Assembly (NCBI GenBank): GCA_019057795.1 | Contig: JAHLWS010000070.1 | Coordinates: 96,001-160,000, forward strand | Origin: Promethearchaeota archaeon | GTDB lineage: Archaea; Asgardarchaeota; Lokiarchaeia; Sigyniarchaeales; SOKP01 | Length of the DNA: 64,000 nucleotides | Direction of reading: 5' to 3' | In this document: positions 49,504 through 59,305 of the stretch, piece by piece | Layout: each line of letters starts with the position of its first letter | How positions within the stretch are numbered: the first letter of the stretch is position 1 | Made by a program: the position numbers and the translations under genes | The notes under the pieces: generated by a model | Databases searched by the model: none | The model's input: the letters and a program-made list of their open reading frames with translations, nothing else | What the model was told of the DNA's origin: nothing

Positions 49504-51267
49504 TTACAATTTACTACCACACTTATTACAAAACGCATAATCAGAGGATAAAATTGCCCCACATTGTTCGCAAACTAAGAGATCTTTAGATTTTGGCTCT
49601 TTTTTCTCTTCTTGAACAGTTTGGGTAGAAGTAATAGTTGTAAACTTACTATGTTCGCTTTCAATATCCGCAACATTAGGGATTATTCTCAGTTTAGATT
49701 TTTCTTCTTCTTCAGATTTTTTGGTTGCACTAAATAGTATGAAGGGAGTACTTTGATCAATAGAATTTTCTTCAAATTTTTGAGTGAGTGTTTGAAATAG
49801 TGAACTTGCTTCAGGTGTCGTGTCTAAAGGAGGAGTGGGAGGGATTGATTTTGAAGTTTTATGTTCAATTTGTTTTTCTTTCTTTTCCTTCTTTTCTTTC
49901 TTTAATGTTTTCATATCCTCAAGTAATTTTTCTTGCTTCTCCCGAGCTTCGAGGATTTTCTTTTCTTTTTCTTGTTTCTTTTTTTCTTTAGCAAGTTTTT
50001 TCATATCTTTTTTAGATAAAATAGTTTGAGGCATATAATCGATTAGTGATTCTGAAGAGGGTTGAGTAAGTGAAGTTTGAAAAAGTGGAGTTACGCTTGT
50101 TGGTTCTGCTTTTGATTCCGGAGTAGGCTCAAATGTCATAGAAGCAGGTTGAGGTTTGGGTGGTTCCTCTCTTTTCATTACGCGAAATGGTGTCTGAGTT
50201 GAAGGAACTACTTCCGATTTTTCAGATTTAATTGTTTGAAATTCCTTGGGTGGAGTTGCCGGCACTGGAATATTTGACGAAAATGGTATTGTTTGGGGTT
50301 TATAAACTTCACTTTCAACAGTTGAGGATTCTGGAAATATTGAAGGAAGTATTTCAGGTTCTGATTTCTCAGTTTTTTGAAGCAAAATTTCATCAGGCGT
50401 TTTAAATTCAATTTCTGTTGGTTCGGGCATTGATATTTCTGGTTCTGGTTGAGGTTCAAATGTTGGAAAAGGTTCGGGAACGGGGGGCGCCTCATATTCA
50501 ACCTCTGGTTCTGATTCGAAGGATGACATTTGTTCTGTCGATTTTATAGAGGGGGGTTCTGGAACAGGTGGAGCCTCAAATTCAATTTCAGGCTCGGGTT
50601 TAAAAGATTGTATTGGCTCAGGAACGGGTGGTGCTAAATATGCGTCTGTAGGTTCAGAAGGAGTTTCGCTAGGCGGAGGTGAGGGGGCGTCTCCTGGTGT
50701 AAAGACAGTTGCATTGGCGAGAAATTGTTCAGGTACACCTTGTCCTATCATTAGACAAGCAAGAATATAAAAACAATCTCCAACTCCATCACCTGTTTTA
50801 GCTGAAGTCTCCATATAATACAAGTTAAAATCTCTTGTAAACTTACTAATTTCTTCAATTGAAACTGCTCTTTGATCAATCAAATCACTCTTATTCCCAA
50901 CAAGTAATATAGGGATGTCAGTTTTGATATTAGCTCTAACTTCTTCAATCCATTGAGGTAAATGTTCAAAACTTGCAGAATTAGTAAGATCAAAAACTAA
51001 TACCGTACCTAATGAACCTCGATAATACATTGGTCTTATGGAACTAAAACGTTCTTGACCGCCTGTATCCCAAAGTTGAAGTTTACACTTAATAAGCCCT
51101 TCCGCCGTCTCTATTGCTATTGTTTTGACATGAAAATCAACACCAATCGTCATCTTGTAATCTTCTGTAAAGAATCCCTTTGAAAATCGAAGAGTTAGAG
51201 CAGTTTTACCAACTCCACCATCTCCTACCACGATTGATTTAAAAAGATAATCATACTCTTCAACCAT
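49504..51267 (-). CDS. Rab-like small GTPase with long Pro/Glu-rich tail and C-terminal zinc ribbon
   Basis: YDYLFK, GDGGVGKT, TIGVDF, LQLWDTGGQERF, YYRG, NKSD, ETSAK; three APPVPEP repeats; CEQC..CNKC. Confidence 0.92.
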   Translation of the reverse strand: MVEEYDYLFKSIVVGDGGVGKTALTLRFSKGFFTEDYKMTIGVDFHVKTIAIETAEGLIKCKLQLWDTGGQERFSSIRPMYYRGSLGTVLVFDLTNSASFEHLPQWIEEVRANIKTDIPILLVGNKSDLIDQRAVSIEEISKFTRDFNLYYMETSAKTGDGVGDCFYILACLMIGQGVPEQFLANATVFTPGDAPSPPPSETPSEPTDAYLAPPVPEPIQSFKPEPEIEFEAPPVPEPPSIKSTEQMSSFESEPEVEYEAPPVPEPFPTFEPQPEPEISMPEPTEIEFKTPDEILLQKTEKSEPEILPSIFPESSTVESEVYKPQTIPFSSNIPVPATPPKEFQTIKSEKSEVVPSTQTPFRVMKREEPPKPQPASMTFEPTPESKAEPTSVTPLFQTSLTQPSSESLIDYMPQTILSKKDMKKLAKEKKKQEKEKKILEAREKQEKLLEDMKTLKKEKKEKKEKQIEHKTSKSIPPTPPLDTTPEASSLFQTLTQKFEENSIDQSTPFILFSATKKSEEEEKSKLRIIPNVADIESEHSKFTTITSTQTVQEEKKEPKSKDLLVCEQCGAILSSDYAFCNKCGSKL

Positions 51268-51506
51268 ATCAGTCTACCATAACTATAATTAATAATTATT
51301 TCTTTATCCTATTGTTATTTATTCAAATTTCAGTGTATTATTATAATTAATAAAAATTTAATTAATTATACTTTTGGAAAAATTTCAAATATTCAGTTAA
51401 ATTTACTATAGAATTAGTGTTGGTTAATAGATTGATCTGAATAAGGATTTATTAGATATAATATTCTAAACATAAAAAATTAGGTATTTACCTAAAAAAT
51501 AAATAA

Positions 51507-52394
51507 TTATTCCTGTATTTTATTAGATTCTTCTTCGATTTCAACACTTTCAAACCATTTATTAATCTCATCCAAGTTTTGCTGCGGAAAGTCGTAAGAG
51601 TGTTCTATATCGGGGTATAATCCCTTTTCTACCTCATTTTTATAACTTTCTAAAGCATTTCGGACTGAGCTTCCAATATCAGCAAAGTATTTGAGAAATT
51701 TTGGCTTAAAGTCAGTAAAAAGCCCTAACATATCATTTATAACTAAGATTTGACCATCACAATAAGACCCCGCACCAATACCAATAGTAGGGACATTCAC
51801 AGTTTTTGTTATTAATTTGGCAATTTGCCAAGGAATGCTCTCTAACACTATAGAAAAAACACCCGTTTTTTCTAAATTTTTAGCATCAATTATTAACTTT
51901 TTTGCGGTTTCTACTGTTTTTCCTTGAACTAAGAAACCGCCAAATTCATATATAGCTTGAGGAGTAAGCCCAATATGCCCCATCACTTGTATATCTGCAT
52001 CAATAATTGCTTTTATCGTAGGACAAATCTTTGTTCCGCCCTCAACTTTGACGGCTTCAGCGCCACCTTCTTGAATAAACCTTCCAGCGTTTTTCACAGC
52101 TTCTATAATATCAATCTTATACGATAAAAAAGGCATATCCGCAACTATCATAGCATTCGAAACTCCACGTGCCACTGCTTTAGTATGGTGAATCATTTCG
52201 TCCATCGTAACTGATAATGTATTCTTATACCCAAGCACTACCATGGAAAGAGAATCGCCTACGAGAATTAAGTCAATTCCGCAATCATCAACGATTTTGG
52301 CAAATGAATAATCATATGATGTAATAGTTACTATTTTTTCCCCGCTTTTTTTTTTTTCAATTATTTTTTTAGCAGTTATTTTTTGTAGCGCCAT
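51507..52394 (-). CDS. panB: 3-methyl-2-oxobutanoate hydroxymethyltransferase
   Basis: LVGDSL, ADMPF, VKVEGG, GHIGLTPQ, IGIGAG..CDGQ. Confidence 0.97.
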   Translation of the reverse strand: MALQKITAKKIIEKKKSGEKIVTITSYDYSFAKIVDDCGIDLILVGDSLSMVVLGYKNTLSVTMDEMIHHTKAVARGVSNAMIVADMPFLSYKIDIIEAVKNAGRFIQEGGAEAVKVEGGTKICPTIKAIIDADIQVMGHIGLTPQAIYEFGGFLVQGKTVETAKKLIIDAKNLEKTGVFSIVLESIPWQIAKLITKTVNVPTIGIGAGSYCDGQILVINDMLGLFTDFKPKFLKYFADIGSSVRNALESYKNEVEKGLYPDIEHSYDFPQQNLDEINKWFESVEIEEESNKIQE

Positions 52395-52615
52395 ATATGA
52401 AGTAACCCCATAATTTAGAAAAATGTTTTGTTTATTTATAAGCATATGATTAGAAAGTATAAAAATATTAGGGACAGAGGGGAGTTTTGAATGCCTAATA
52501 ACAACTGTACGGGATGTCGCTCCATCATTCTACAACTCAAACAATTTAAAAATTAAAAAGGAGCAAAAAAAGGGTTTATTTGAAATAAGATAAAGTTATA
52601 ATATCTTCTTTTAAA

Positions 52616-53560
52616 CTACATGAAAGTAGATTGTAGGATCTTACGAAATTTTTCTAATTCTATCTTGATTTCATTAATTTTACTTGTTGGAGTACTTATT
52701 CCTATATAAAATGTATTTTCTATATTACCAGAGATTATTGAATACCTTTTTACATATTCCGTTCTATCCTCGGACAACGCTACTCTATCGTCTATTTTAA
52801 CATCTTCATCTTTTAATCTCTGAAAAAATTCAAGATCTTCGTTAATTCTATTACTAATTTTCTCTTCAAAAGCTCTTATATCCATAACATCCATGTAATG
52901 ATCAGATATGATAAGTCCTGATGCGGTGTATAAAATTGCATAACTACAACTAAACTGATTAACAATTTTACTTAATCCTATATCAATTACATCTAAATTT
53001 AATAATTTATCCAAAGAATAAGAAATTGCTTTCGAAATTGACGAAATGTCGTAGTAAGATGTGTCAAAGAATTTAAATTTCATATCTTTATTTTGGGATA
53101 AAATTAAATTTTTAATCATTTCTGCTCGATCGAAAAAATCTTCACTATTTTTAAATTTTGGATCATATTTATTGAAACATATTATCACTTCGTTGGAATA
53201 ATCTAAATCTCTATAAATATCTAACAAATCATGAAGATATTTTACAGATTCTTCGAATTTGATTTCATCCTGAATATCTATAAGATAATAAATATAATTT
53301 GTTTCAGTAAAATATATGGGATTACTTACGTATATTTTTCTGAATTTCTTCTGACCACCCATATCCCAAAGATTAATTCGATAGGTTTCTAGGAATTTAA
53401 AAGAACTATAATCTATTTTTATTGTAGGCTTTAGATTTTTCACCCGTTCGTAAAAGTTATATTTTTTTCTTAAAGCAATTAACGCACTACTTTTTCCGGC
53501 ATTGTCTAAACCAGCGATAACTAATTTAAATTCATTTTTTTCGCGCTTATCTATCGTCAT
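52616..53560 (-). CDS. Arf/Rag-like small GTPase with C-terminal roadblock/longin-like domain
   Basis: GLDNAGKS, PT, WDMGGQ, NKYD, TS; C-terminal AILYTASGLIIS. Confidence 0.85.
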   Translation of the reverse strand: MTIDKREKNEFKLVIAGLDNAGKSSALIALRKKYNFYERVKNLKPTIKIDYSSFKFLETYRINLWDMGGQKKFRKIYVSNPIYFTETNYIYYLIDIQDEIKFEESVKYLHDLLDIYRDLDYSNEVIICFNKYDPKFKNSEDFFDRAEMIKNLILSQNKDMKFKFFDTSYYDISSISKAISYSLDKLLNLDVIDIGLSKIVNQFSCSYAILYTASGLIISDHYMDVMDIRAFEEKISNRINEDLEFFQRLKDEDVKIDDRVALSEDRTEYVKRYSIISGNIENTFYIGISTPTSKINEIKIELEKFRKILQSTFM

Positions 53561-53746
53561 ATTTACTAAATTTTTAATATTTTTTTATTAATTAACAATC
53601 TCTAAAATTAAATTATAAATCTTATTTTTTTTATTTATTTTTATGCTAATTGTAAAAAAACTCAAATTTGAAATTACAATTATATTTTCAATAAAATTTT
53701 TTAATAAACAAATCATTAAATAAATCTGATAAAAACTAACTAGTAT

Positions 53747-54781
53747 ATGATGTATATGGACGCTAAAGATATAGATTATTATTCTCTAGGTTTTGAATAT
53801 ATTGAAACTAAAACTATGTTTGTTTCAGATTACAACGACGGAAAATGGGACGAAGGAAAATTAGTCCCGTTCGGAAAATTTGAAATTTCACCTGCTGCTT
53901 GTGTATTGAATTATGGACAGGGAATATTTGAGGGTATGAAAGCGTTAAGAACTAAAAATGGAGAAAAAGTCCTCTTTAGACCAAAGGAAAACGCGAAAAG
54001 ATTTAACGAAAGTGCTAGTAGAATGTTAATGCCAAATTATGACGTAAGCAAATTTGTTGATGCGGTTAAAGATGTGGTGAGAGCAAATGAAGAATATATA
54101 CCACCTTATGATAGTGCTGGAGCACTTTACCTTCGTCCTTTAATGATTGGAAATGGACCGATAGTTGGTGTAAAACCAGCAAAAAGTTATAAATTTATAA
54201 TTTTTGCGATTCCGGTAGGACCGTATTTCCCAGAAGGATTTAGGGGTATTGATTTAGAGATTACGAAGAAGTATACAAGAGCCGCTCCAGGTGGGACTGG
54301 TGCAACCAAAACATGTTGCAATTATGCCGGATCTATGTTAGCTGGAAAGGAAGCTAAAGAAAAGGGCTTTGCTCAAGTCATTTTTTTAGACGCAGTTCAT
54401 ATGGAATTTATTGAGGAGGTTGGAGCGGCAAATTTTTTTGCTGTGATTAACGGAACCCTTGCAACTCCAAAAACAACTGGAACAATTTTGCCCGGTATTA
54501 CGCGTAAATCAATTTTAGAATTAGCTTCAAAGAAAATGGGAATAAAAATTGAAGAGCGAGATATTTCCTATAAAGAATTGTTTGAAAATTCTTGTTCTGA
54601 AGCTTTTTGTGCAGGAACTGCTGCAGTTATTACTCCGATTAAATCTATTGTCCTTGAGGATAAAAAAAGGATTTTTAGTGAAGGTGAACCTGGCGAAATT
54701 ACAAGAAAGATTTATGAATTGCTGGTGGGTATTCAGCGTTTAGATATTGATGATGAATTTGGTTGGGTTGTAAAGATTTGA
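53747..54781 (+). CDS. ilvE: Branched-chain amino acid aminotransferase
   Basis: YGQGIFEGMKA, LYLRP, K...NY, EEVG..N, ILPGITR, GTAAVITP. Confidence 0.95.
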   Translation: MMYMDAKDIDYYSLGFEYIETKTMFVSDYNDGKWDEGKLVPFGKFEISPAACVLNYGQGIFEGMKALRTKNGEKVLFRPKENAKRFNESASRMLMPNYDVSKFVDAVKDVVRANEEYIPPYDSAGALYLRPLMIGNGPIVGVKPAKSYKFIIFAIPVGPYFPEGFRGIDLEITKKYTRAAPGGTGATKTCCNYAGSMLAGKEAKEKGFAQVIFLDAVHMEFIEEVGAANFFAVINGTLATPKTTGTILPGITRKSILELASKKMGIKIEERDISYKELFENSCSEAFCAGTAAVITPIKSIVLEDKKRIFSEGEPGEITRKIYELLVGIQRLDIDDEFGWVVKI

Positions 54782-54834
54782 AAAAAATAAAGTCTAGCAA
54801 TAGAATTTAATTAAACTCTTTTTTTATGTGTTTT

Positions 54835-56025
54835 TTAATTAACCAATAACATTAAAGAAAAAACTGCATACAGAATTCCAAAACAGATAAGTGTTGGTAT
54901 AACTATATGTTTAAACGATTTTATATAATTAGTTTTAAAATAATTAATATTATAGGCTAAACAAGGATGAAGTGGGGTAATTAAATATCCTAAGTAAATT
55001 GCAAAATAAAGAAAAACAAAATCGATTATGGGCATTGATAGGACTAAGTTTTGAATCAAATAAATCGGGATTAGAATTGAACTCGGTAATTGTACTCTAC
55101 CAGTAGTAAATCCAAGGATAAACCCAATACTGATGAATAAAGCAAAGTGTAGATTTAAAGCGCCAATCTGTTCAGGCACTCCAGATTCTAAGAAAATACT
55201 CAGAAACAAAAACATTGAGATGATTAGTAGAGGAAATCTCCATACTTTCATTTTTCGCGAAATTTCTTTTATATTAAATACATTCATTTTAGCAAACTTT
55301 AATGCGATGGAAATGCTTATGATTAAACCTATAAAAACAAACAATTCAGGAAAACTTATTGGGAAAAAGAGTCTTCCTAAGAAATCTATAATGGGAGCGA
55401 TGATGAGGGGAATCAAATTATGGAAAACTAGTTTTAAGTTTCGGTTTGTTGATTCTTTTGATTTATCTACTGGTTTAAGTAAAGTAAAATATCCTACAAA
55501 AACCATTAAAATAAATGGAATTAATAAAGCTAAAACAATTAAATAAAGTGATATCCCAGATAGGACACTTGCCACGAGAATAGCAGATGAGAGAGGATAA
55601 ATTAAAAGTAAAACATGTCGATACCAGACATTAATTGCGACTTTTCGATTAGAATCTAAAGCCGGATCTATTTGGTCTACTATTGGTGCCGACATTAATG
55701 CCCCTCCTGCCACAGGTAATAAGCCAAATAATGCTGGACTGACCATTAAAGCAACTTTCTTAGAAACTTTCATATTTTGAATTAATTCAAGCATGAGTCC
55801 CGATTCTTCCATTATACCGCCTAAAATTGGTATTAACAAAACTGAAAGCGCTAATAAAACAATTGAAGGATTAATAATAACTTCAATCATGGAATTAATA
55901 ATGTTTACTTGAGTTAAAAGTCCAAAAATGATTGCGCTAATGCCTAAAACAACACTTAGCTCTTTCTTTGAGAAAATTAAGATCAAAGCAATAATAAGAA
56001 GAAAGCTTAATAACGGGGGAATCAC
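54835..56025 (-). CDS. DUF401-like multi-pass membrane protein (putative transporter)
   Basis: GLLP..GGALMSAP, N.WYRH, P.HPCL. Confidence 0.8.
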   Translation of the reverse strand: MIPPLLSFLLIIALILIFSKKELSVVLGISAIIFGLLTQVNIINSMIEVIINPSIVLLALSVLLIPILGGIMEESGLMLELIQNMKVSKKVALMVSPALFGLLPVAGGALMSAPIVDQIDPALDSNRKVAINVWYRHVLLLIYPLSSAILVASVLSGISLYLIVLALLIPFILMVFVGYFTLLKPVDKSKESTNRNLKLVFHNLIPLIIAPIIDFLGRLFFPISFPELFVFIGLIISISIALKFAKMNVFNIKEISRKMKVWRFPLLIISMFLFLSIFLESGVPEQIGALNLHFALFISIGFILGFTTGRVQLPSSILIPIYLIQNLVLSMPIIDFVFLYFAIYLGYLITPLHPCLAYNINYFKTNYIKSFKHIVIPTLICFGILYAVFSLMLLVN

Positions 56026-56125
56026 ATTAAAGAAAATATTTAATTCCTTAAAAATTACGCTATAGCATCTTTGTGGGAGAATAGAAGATCATTTAAAAAT
56101 TTCGCAAAGTCATTAAAAAATAGAA

Positions 56126-56635
56126 TTAAAAGGATAGTTTTTCTATCAAAATTTCGAAAGCTGTTTTGATGTTTTCCCCTGTCTTTGACGAGATCTTTAC
56201 ATAACTTATAATATTTTCATATTCTTTCTTAATTTCTGAGATAAATTCATCTATAGAGAGGGATTCATAAGGATTAACCAAATCTTTTTTAGTTCCTATC
56301 AATAATATAGGAATATTTCCAAATTCTTTTAATGTAACTATCCATTCTTGAACATTTTCAATTGTATTTATTCTCGTTAAATCAAAAAGAATAAAAGCTG
56401 CGAGAGAACCGTCAACAAAACCATTCAAAAATGTTTTGAATTGATCTTGTCCAGCAAAGTCCCACATTATAAAATTAAATTCAGTTCCATTAACAGCAAT
56501 AATTTTTGAGTAAAAATCAACGCCTCTGGTTAATCTACGATTAGCTTCAAAACTATCATGAACAAGCCGATTTAGAAATGAGGTTTTTCCTACTCCGCCA
56601 TCACCGGAAACAATGATTTTTATCGTTTTCTTCAT
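56126..56635 (-). CDS. Rab/Roc-like small GTPase
   Basis: GDGGVGKT, T.GVDF, WDFAGQ, TKKD, SSK. Confidence 0.9.
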   Translation of the reverse strand: MKKTIKIIVSGDGGVGKTSFLNRLVHDSFEANRRLTRGVDFYSKIIAVNGTEFNFIMWDFAGQDQFKTFLNGFVDGSLAAFILFDLTRINTIENVQEWIVTLKEFGNIPILLIGTKKDLVNPYESLSIDEFISEIKKEYENIISYVKISSKTGENIKTAFEILIEKLSF

Positions 56636-56780
56636 GATTATTAATATCTGTTTAGCTAAAGATTTAAAAACTTATATTTAAAATTAAATTTTGTAATATT
56701 AGAACATAAAAAAAAATTATTAGAGCATTTAATATGCTTTTACAAAAATGTCCAGGTAAACTAACGGTAAAACAAAAAAT

Positions 56781-57293
56781 ATGTCAGTTAAAATAATAAT
56801 TATAGGTGATACACACTTAAATTCTTTTAAAAAATTGCCAAAAGAAATGGCCCAAGCTATAAAAGAAGGGGAGTGGATTATTCATGTAGGGGACTATACG
56901 TCAATAGATACGGTAGAAGGTTTAATAAGGTGGAAAGGCGATAAATTTAAAGGAGTGTTTGGTAATGCCGATCCTTTGAGTATTAGGAAGATATTACCAG
57001 ATAAGATTATATTAGAGATAAAGGGTAAAAAAATAGGGATTACGCATCCATTCTGTGGAGGCCCTGAAACATTTATTAAGGCAAGGGTGAAAAGAGAGTT
57101 TAAGGACTATGATGTTGATGCAATTGTATTTGGGCATACTCATGAACCTGAAATAATAGAGGTGAATAAAATTTTACTGATAAACCCCGGGAAAGGGTAT
57201 TTAGAAAAAAATTCTTTTGGAACTACAACTTCTTTTGCAATTTTAACAGTAACTGAAACGTTACAAGCAGAAATTATTAAAATTGCCCTTTAA
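56781..57293 (+). CDS. Metallophosphoesterase, YfcE/MJ0936/Vps29 family
   Basis: GDTH, HVGD, GNAD, TH, FGHTH, INPG. Confidence 0.9.
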   Translation: MSVKIIIIGDTHLNSFKKLPKEMAQAIKEGEWIIHVGDYTSIDTVEGLIRWKGDKFKGVFGNADPLSIRKILPDKIILEIKGKKIGITHPFCGGPETFIKARVKREFKDYDVDAIVFGHTHEPEIIEVNKILLINPGKGYLEKNSFGTTTSFAILTVTETLQAEIIKIAL

Positions 57294-57602
57294 AATCATA
57301 ATCAATAATTTTCAACAAATTTAGAAGATGTGTGTAAAGATATTAAGCAGCATGGGGGATTCAAGAGGGTTTAATACTATTTTTACCATCCTATTGAGCA
57401 CTCATAATTTCTACTCACATTTCGACACTCTTTGATACAAAATTCATCCTTGCTAAAATTCTTTTTAAGTTTAATTCAGAATAAAATACATAAAAAAAAA
57501 TAGGGTTTAAAAATCAATTTTATAAAATAATGATTAGAATAGATAAATAATTTCAATTAAAATTAAATTTGAAATTGAATTGAACTTTAAAGGTAATGAA
57601 AA

Positions 57603-58442
57603 TTGGAAGGAAAAAAGAGAACCTATTTGTATGGCATTCTAATAGTTATTTTAGCTTTAATAATATCGTTTACTATGTTGTTTACTTTTTACTGGTCTGT
57701 TTTGGTTTGGACTCTTGCTGCTAACGAAGACTTTTTGTTAGGTTTGGTTGTTATTATTAGCAGAATCTTGATATTAGGAATTATGTCGTTCTTTCTCTAT
57801 CGCAAATGGTTAAAGCAAGAAGCAATATATACTTCAGATGCTTATTTTTTATTCGGATCCTTTTTCGGTATACTATCATTTGGAAAAATCTACGACATCT
57901 TTTATAACCTAGCGTTTATGTCCATGGAGTTTGATGCGGAATTTATTTTACTTTTGTTAAAAATACGGTTTTTTATAATAGTTGTAAATGTAATGCCAAT
58001 TTTATATATAGGATTAGAAGTAATCATTACATTTTTTAACATGTATAAGAATAAAGAGATGAATAAGAAGCAATTTAACAAGTTAAGATTGAGGATCATT
58101 TTAATTTTTATCTTGATATTAGTATTAATCATAAGCTTGGCTCCAACACCTGATTTTCTCAGCAAAATTCTTCCGTTCATCACACTGGTAATGTTTTTAG
58201 GAATTGCTATCATGTTCTTGTTTATGTACAAAAATGAACGTTTATCCCAAGCAAATGGTTTAATTATTGGAATCGCTTTTATTTGTTTTATCGCTTCTAA
58301 TTTGCTTCGAGCAATTCTACTAAGCACAGAGCTCTACTACATTGTTTTCGTTGAATTAATTGACATTGGTGTTACTCTACTTATATTTATTGGATTTGTT
58401 ACTAAACCTAAATATGCTAAAATAAAAAGCAAATCTAAATGA
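57603..58442 (+). CDS. Multi-pass membrane protein (about 8 TM)
   Basis: Hydrophobic helices. Confidence 0.75.
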   Translation: MEGKKRTYLYGILIVILALIISFTMLFTFYWSVLVWTLAANEDFLLGLVVIISRILILGIMSFFLYRKWLKQEAIYTSDAYFLFGSFFGILSFGKIYDIFYNLAFMSMEFDAEFILLLLKIRFFIIVVNVMPILYIGLEVIITFFNMYKNKEMNKKQFNKLRLRIILIFILILVLIISLAPTPDFLSKILPFITLVMFLGIAIMFLFMYKNERLSQANGLIIGIAFICFIASNLLRAILLSTELYYIVFVELIDIGVTLLIFIGFVTKPKYAKIKSKSK

Positions 58443-58569
58443 TTTGTATTTTTTAATATTCCTATTATTTTTTTTTCATGAGTTTTTACGATTAATTTCG
58501 AGCTTTAAAAACTTTAATTTAAATAAATTGTTAGAAATTATATAATTGAAATATTATTTAGTGGTTTTA

Positions 58570-59256
58570 ATGAAGATTTCTAAAAATTGGAAAAATTTTG
58601 CCTCATTATTTATAATATTTGGTCCGGTTCAATATGTAATATTTACCGCAGTAGCTATGATATATTACGCTGGAGGAACAATTGTAAATCCTCTTAGTTT
58701 AGGATATAATTTTTGGGGTAATTTTTTTAGTGATTTAGGTCGTGTTACGGCACTTTCAGGGGCTTCGAATGTTATTTCCTTTACCATATTTACAATAACT
58801 GCGTTAATACTAAGTTTTTCCTTTATTCCTTTTGCTTTTGCTCTTCCGACATTTTTTAAAAATGACAAAAATCAATATCTTATCGCCAGAATTGGTTCTT
58901 TAACTTGTTTAATTTCTATCTTCTTTTTAATTACTACTATTTTAACGCCATGGGATATTTTTTCTACAACCCATTTGATGTTTGCTAATTTGTTCAACAT
59001 CACCGGAGCTATAGGAGTAATATTTTTTGCCGTTGCTGTTTTATACAACAAAAATTACCCAAATATTTACGCTTTCACATATGGAGTGCTGTTGATCATC
59101 GCTATTGTTTATACTGTAGTGTTGGTATTTTTACCAAAATCTATAACACCAGAGGGTTTAATAATACAAGCGTCCATGCAAAAGATTTCTCAATATTCGT
59201 TTCTATTTTGTTTCTTAATCCAAGGTTACGGTGCTTGGAAACTCCAAAAAAGCTAA
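58570..59256 (+). CDS. DUF998-like membrane protein
   Basis: Y.GG, Y.FW.NFFSDLG, P.D...H. Confidence 0.7.
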   Translation: MKISKNWKNFASLFIIFGPVQYVIFTAVAMIYYAGGTIVNPLSLGYNFWGNFFSDLGRVTALSGASNVISFTIFTITALILSFSFIPFAFALPTFFKNDKNQYLIARIGSLTCLISIFFLITTILTPWDIFSTTHLMFANLFNITGAIGVIFFAVAVLYNKNYPNIYAFTYGVLLIIAIVYTVVLVFLPKSITPEGLIIQASMQKISQYSFLFCFLIQGYGAWKLQKS

Positions 59257-59305
59257 GTAAAAGCAGTAAATTCTATCTAAAACTTTATTTTTATTTTAAA
59301 TAAGA

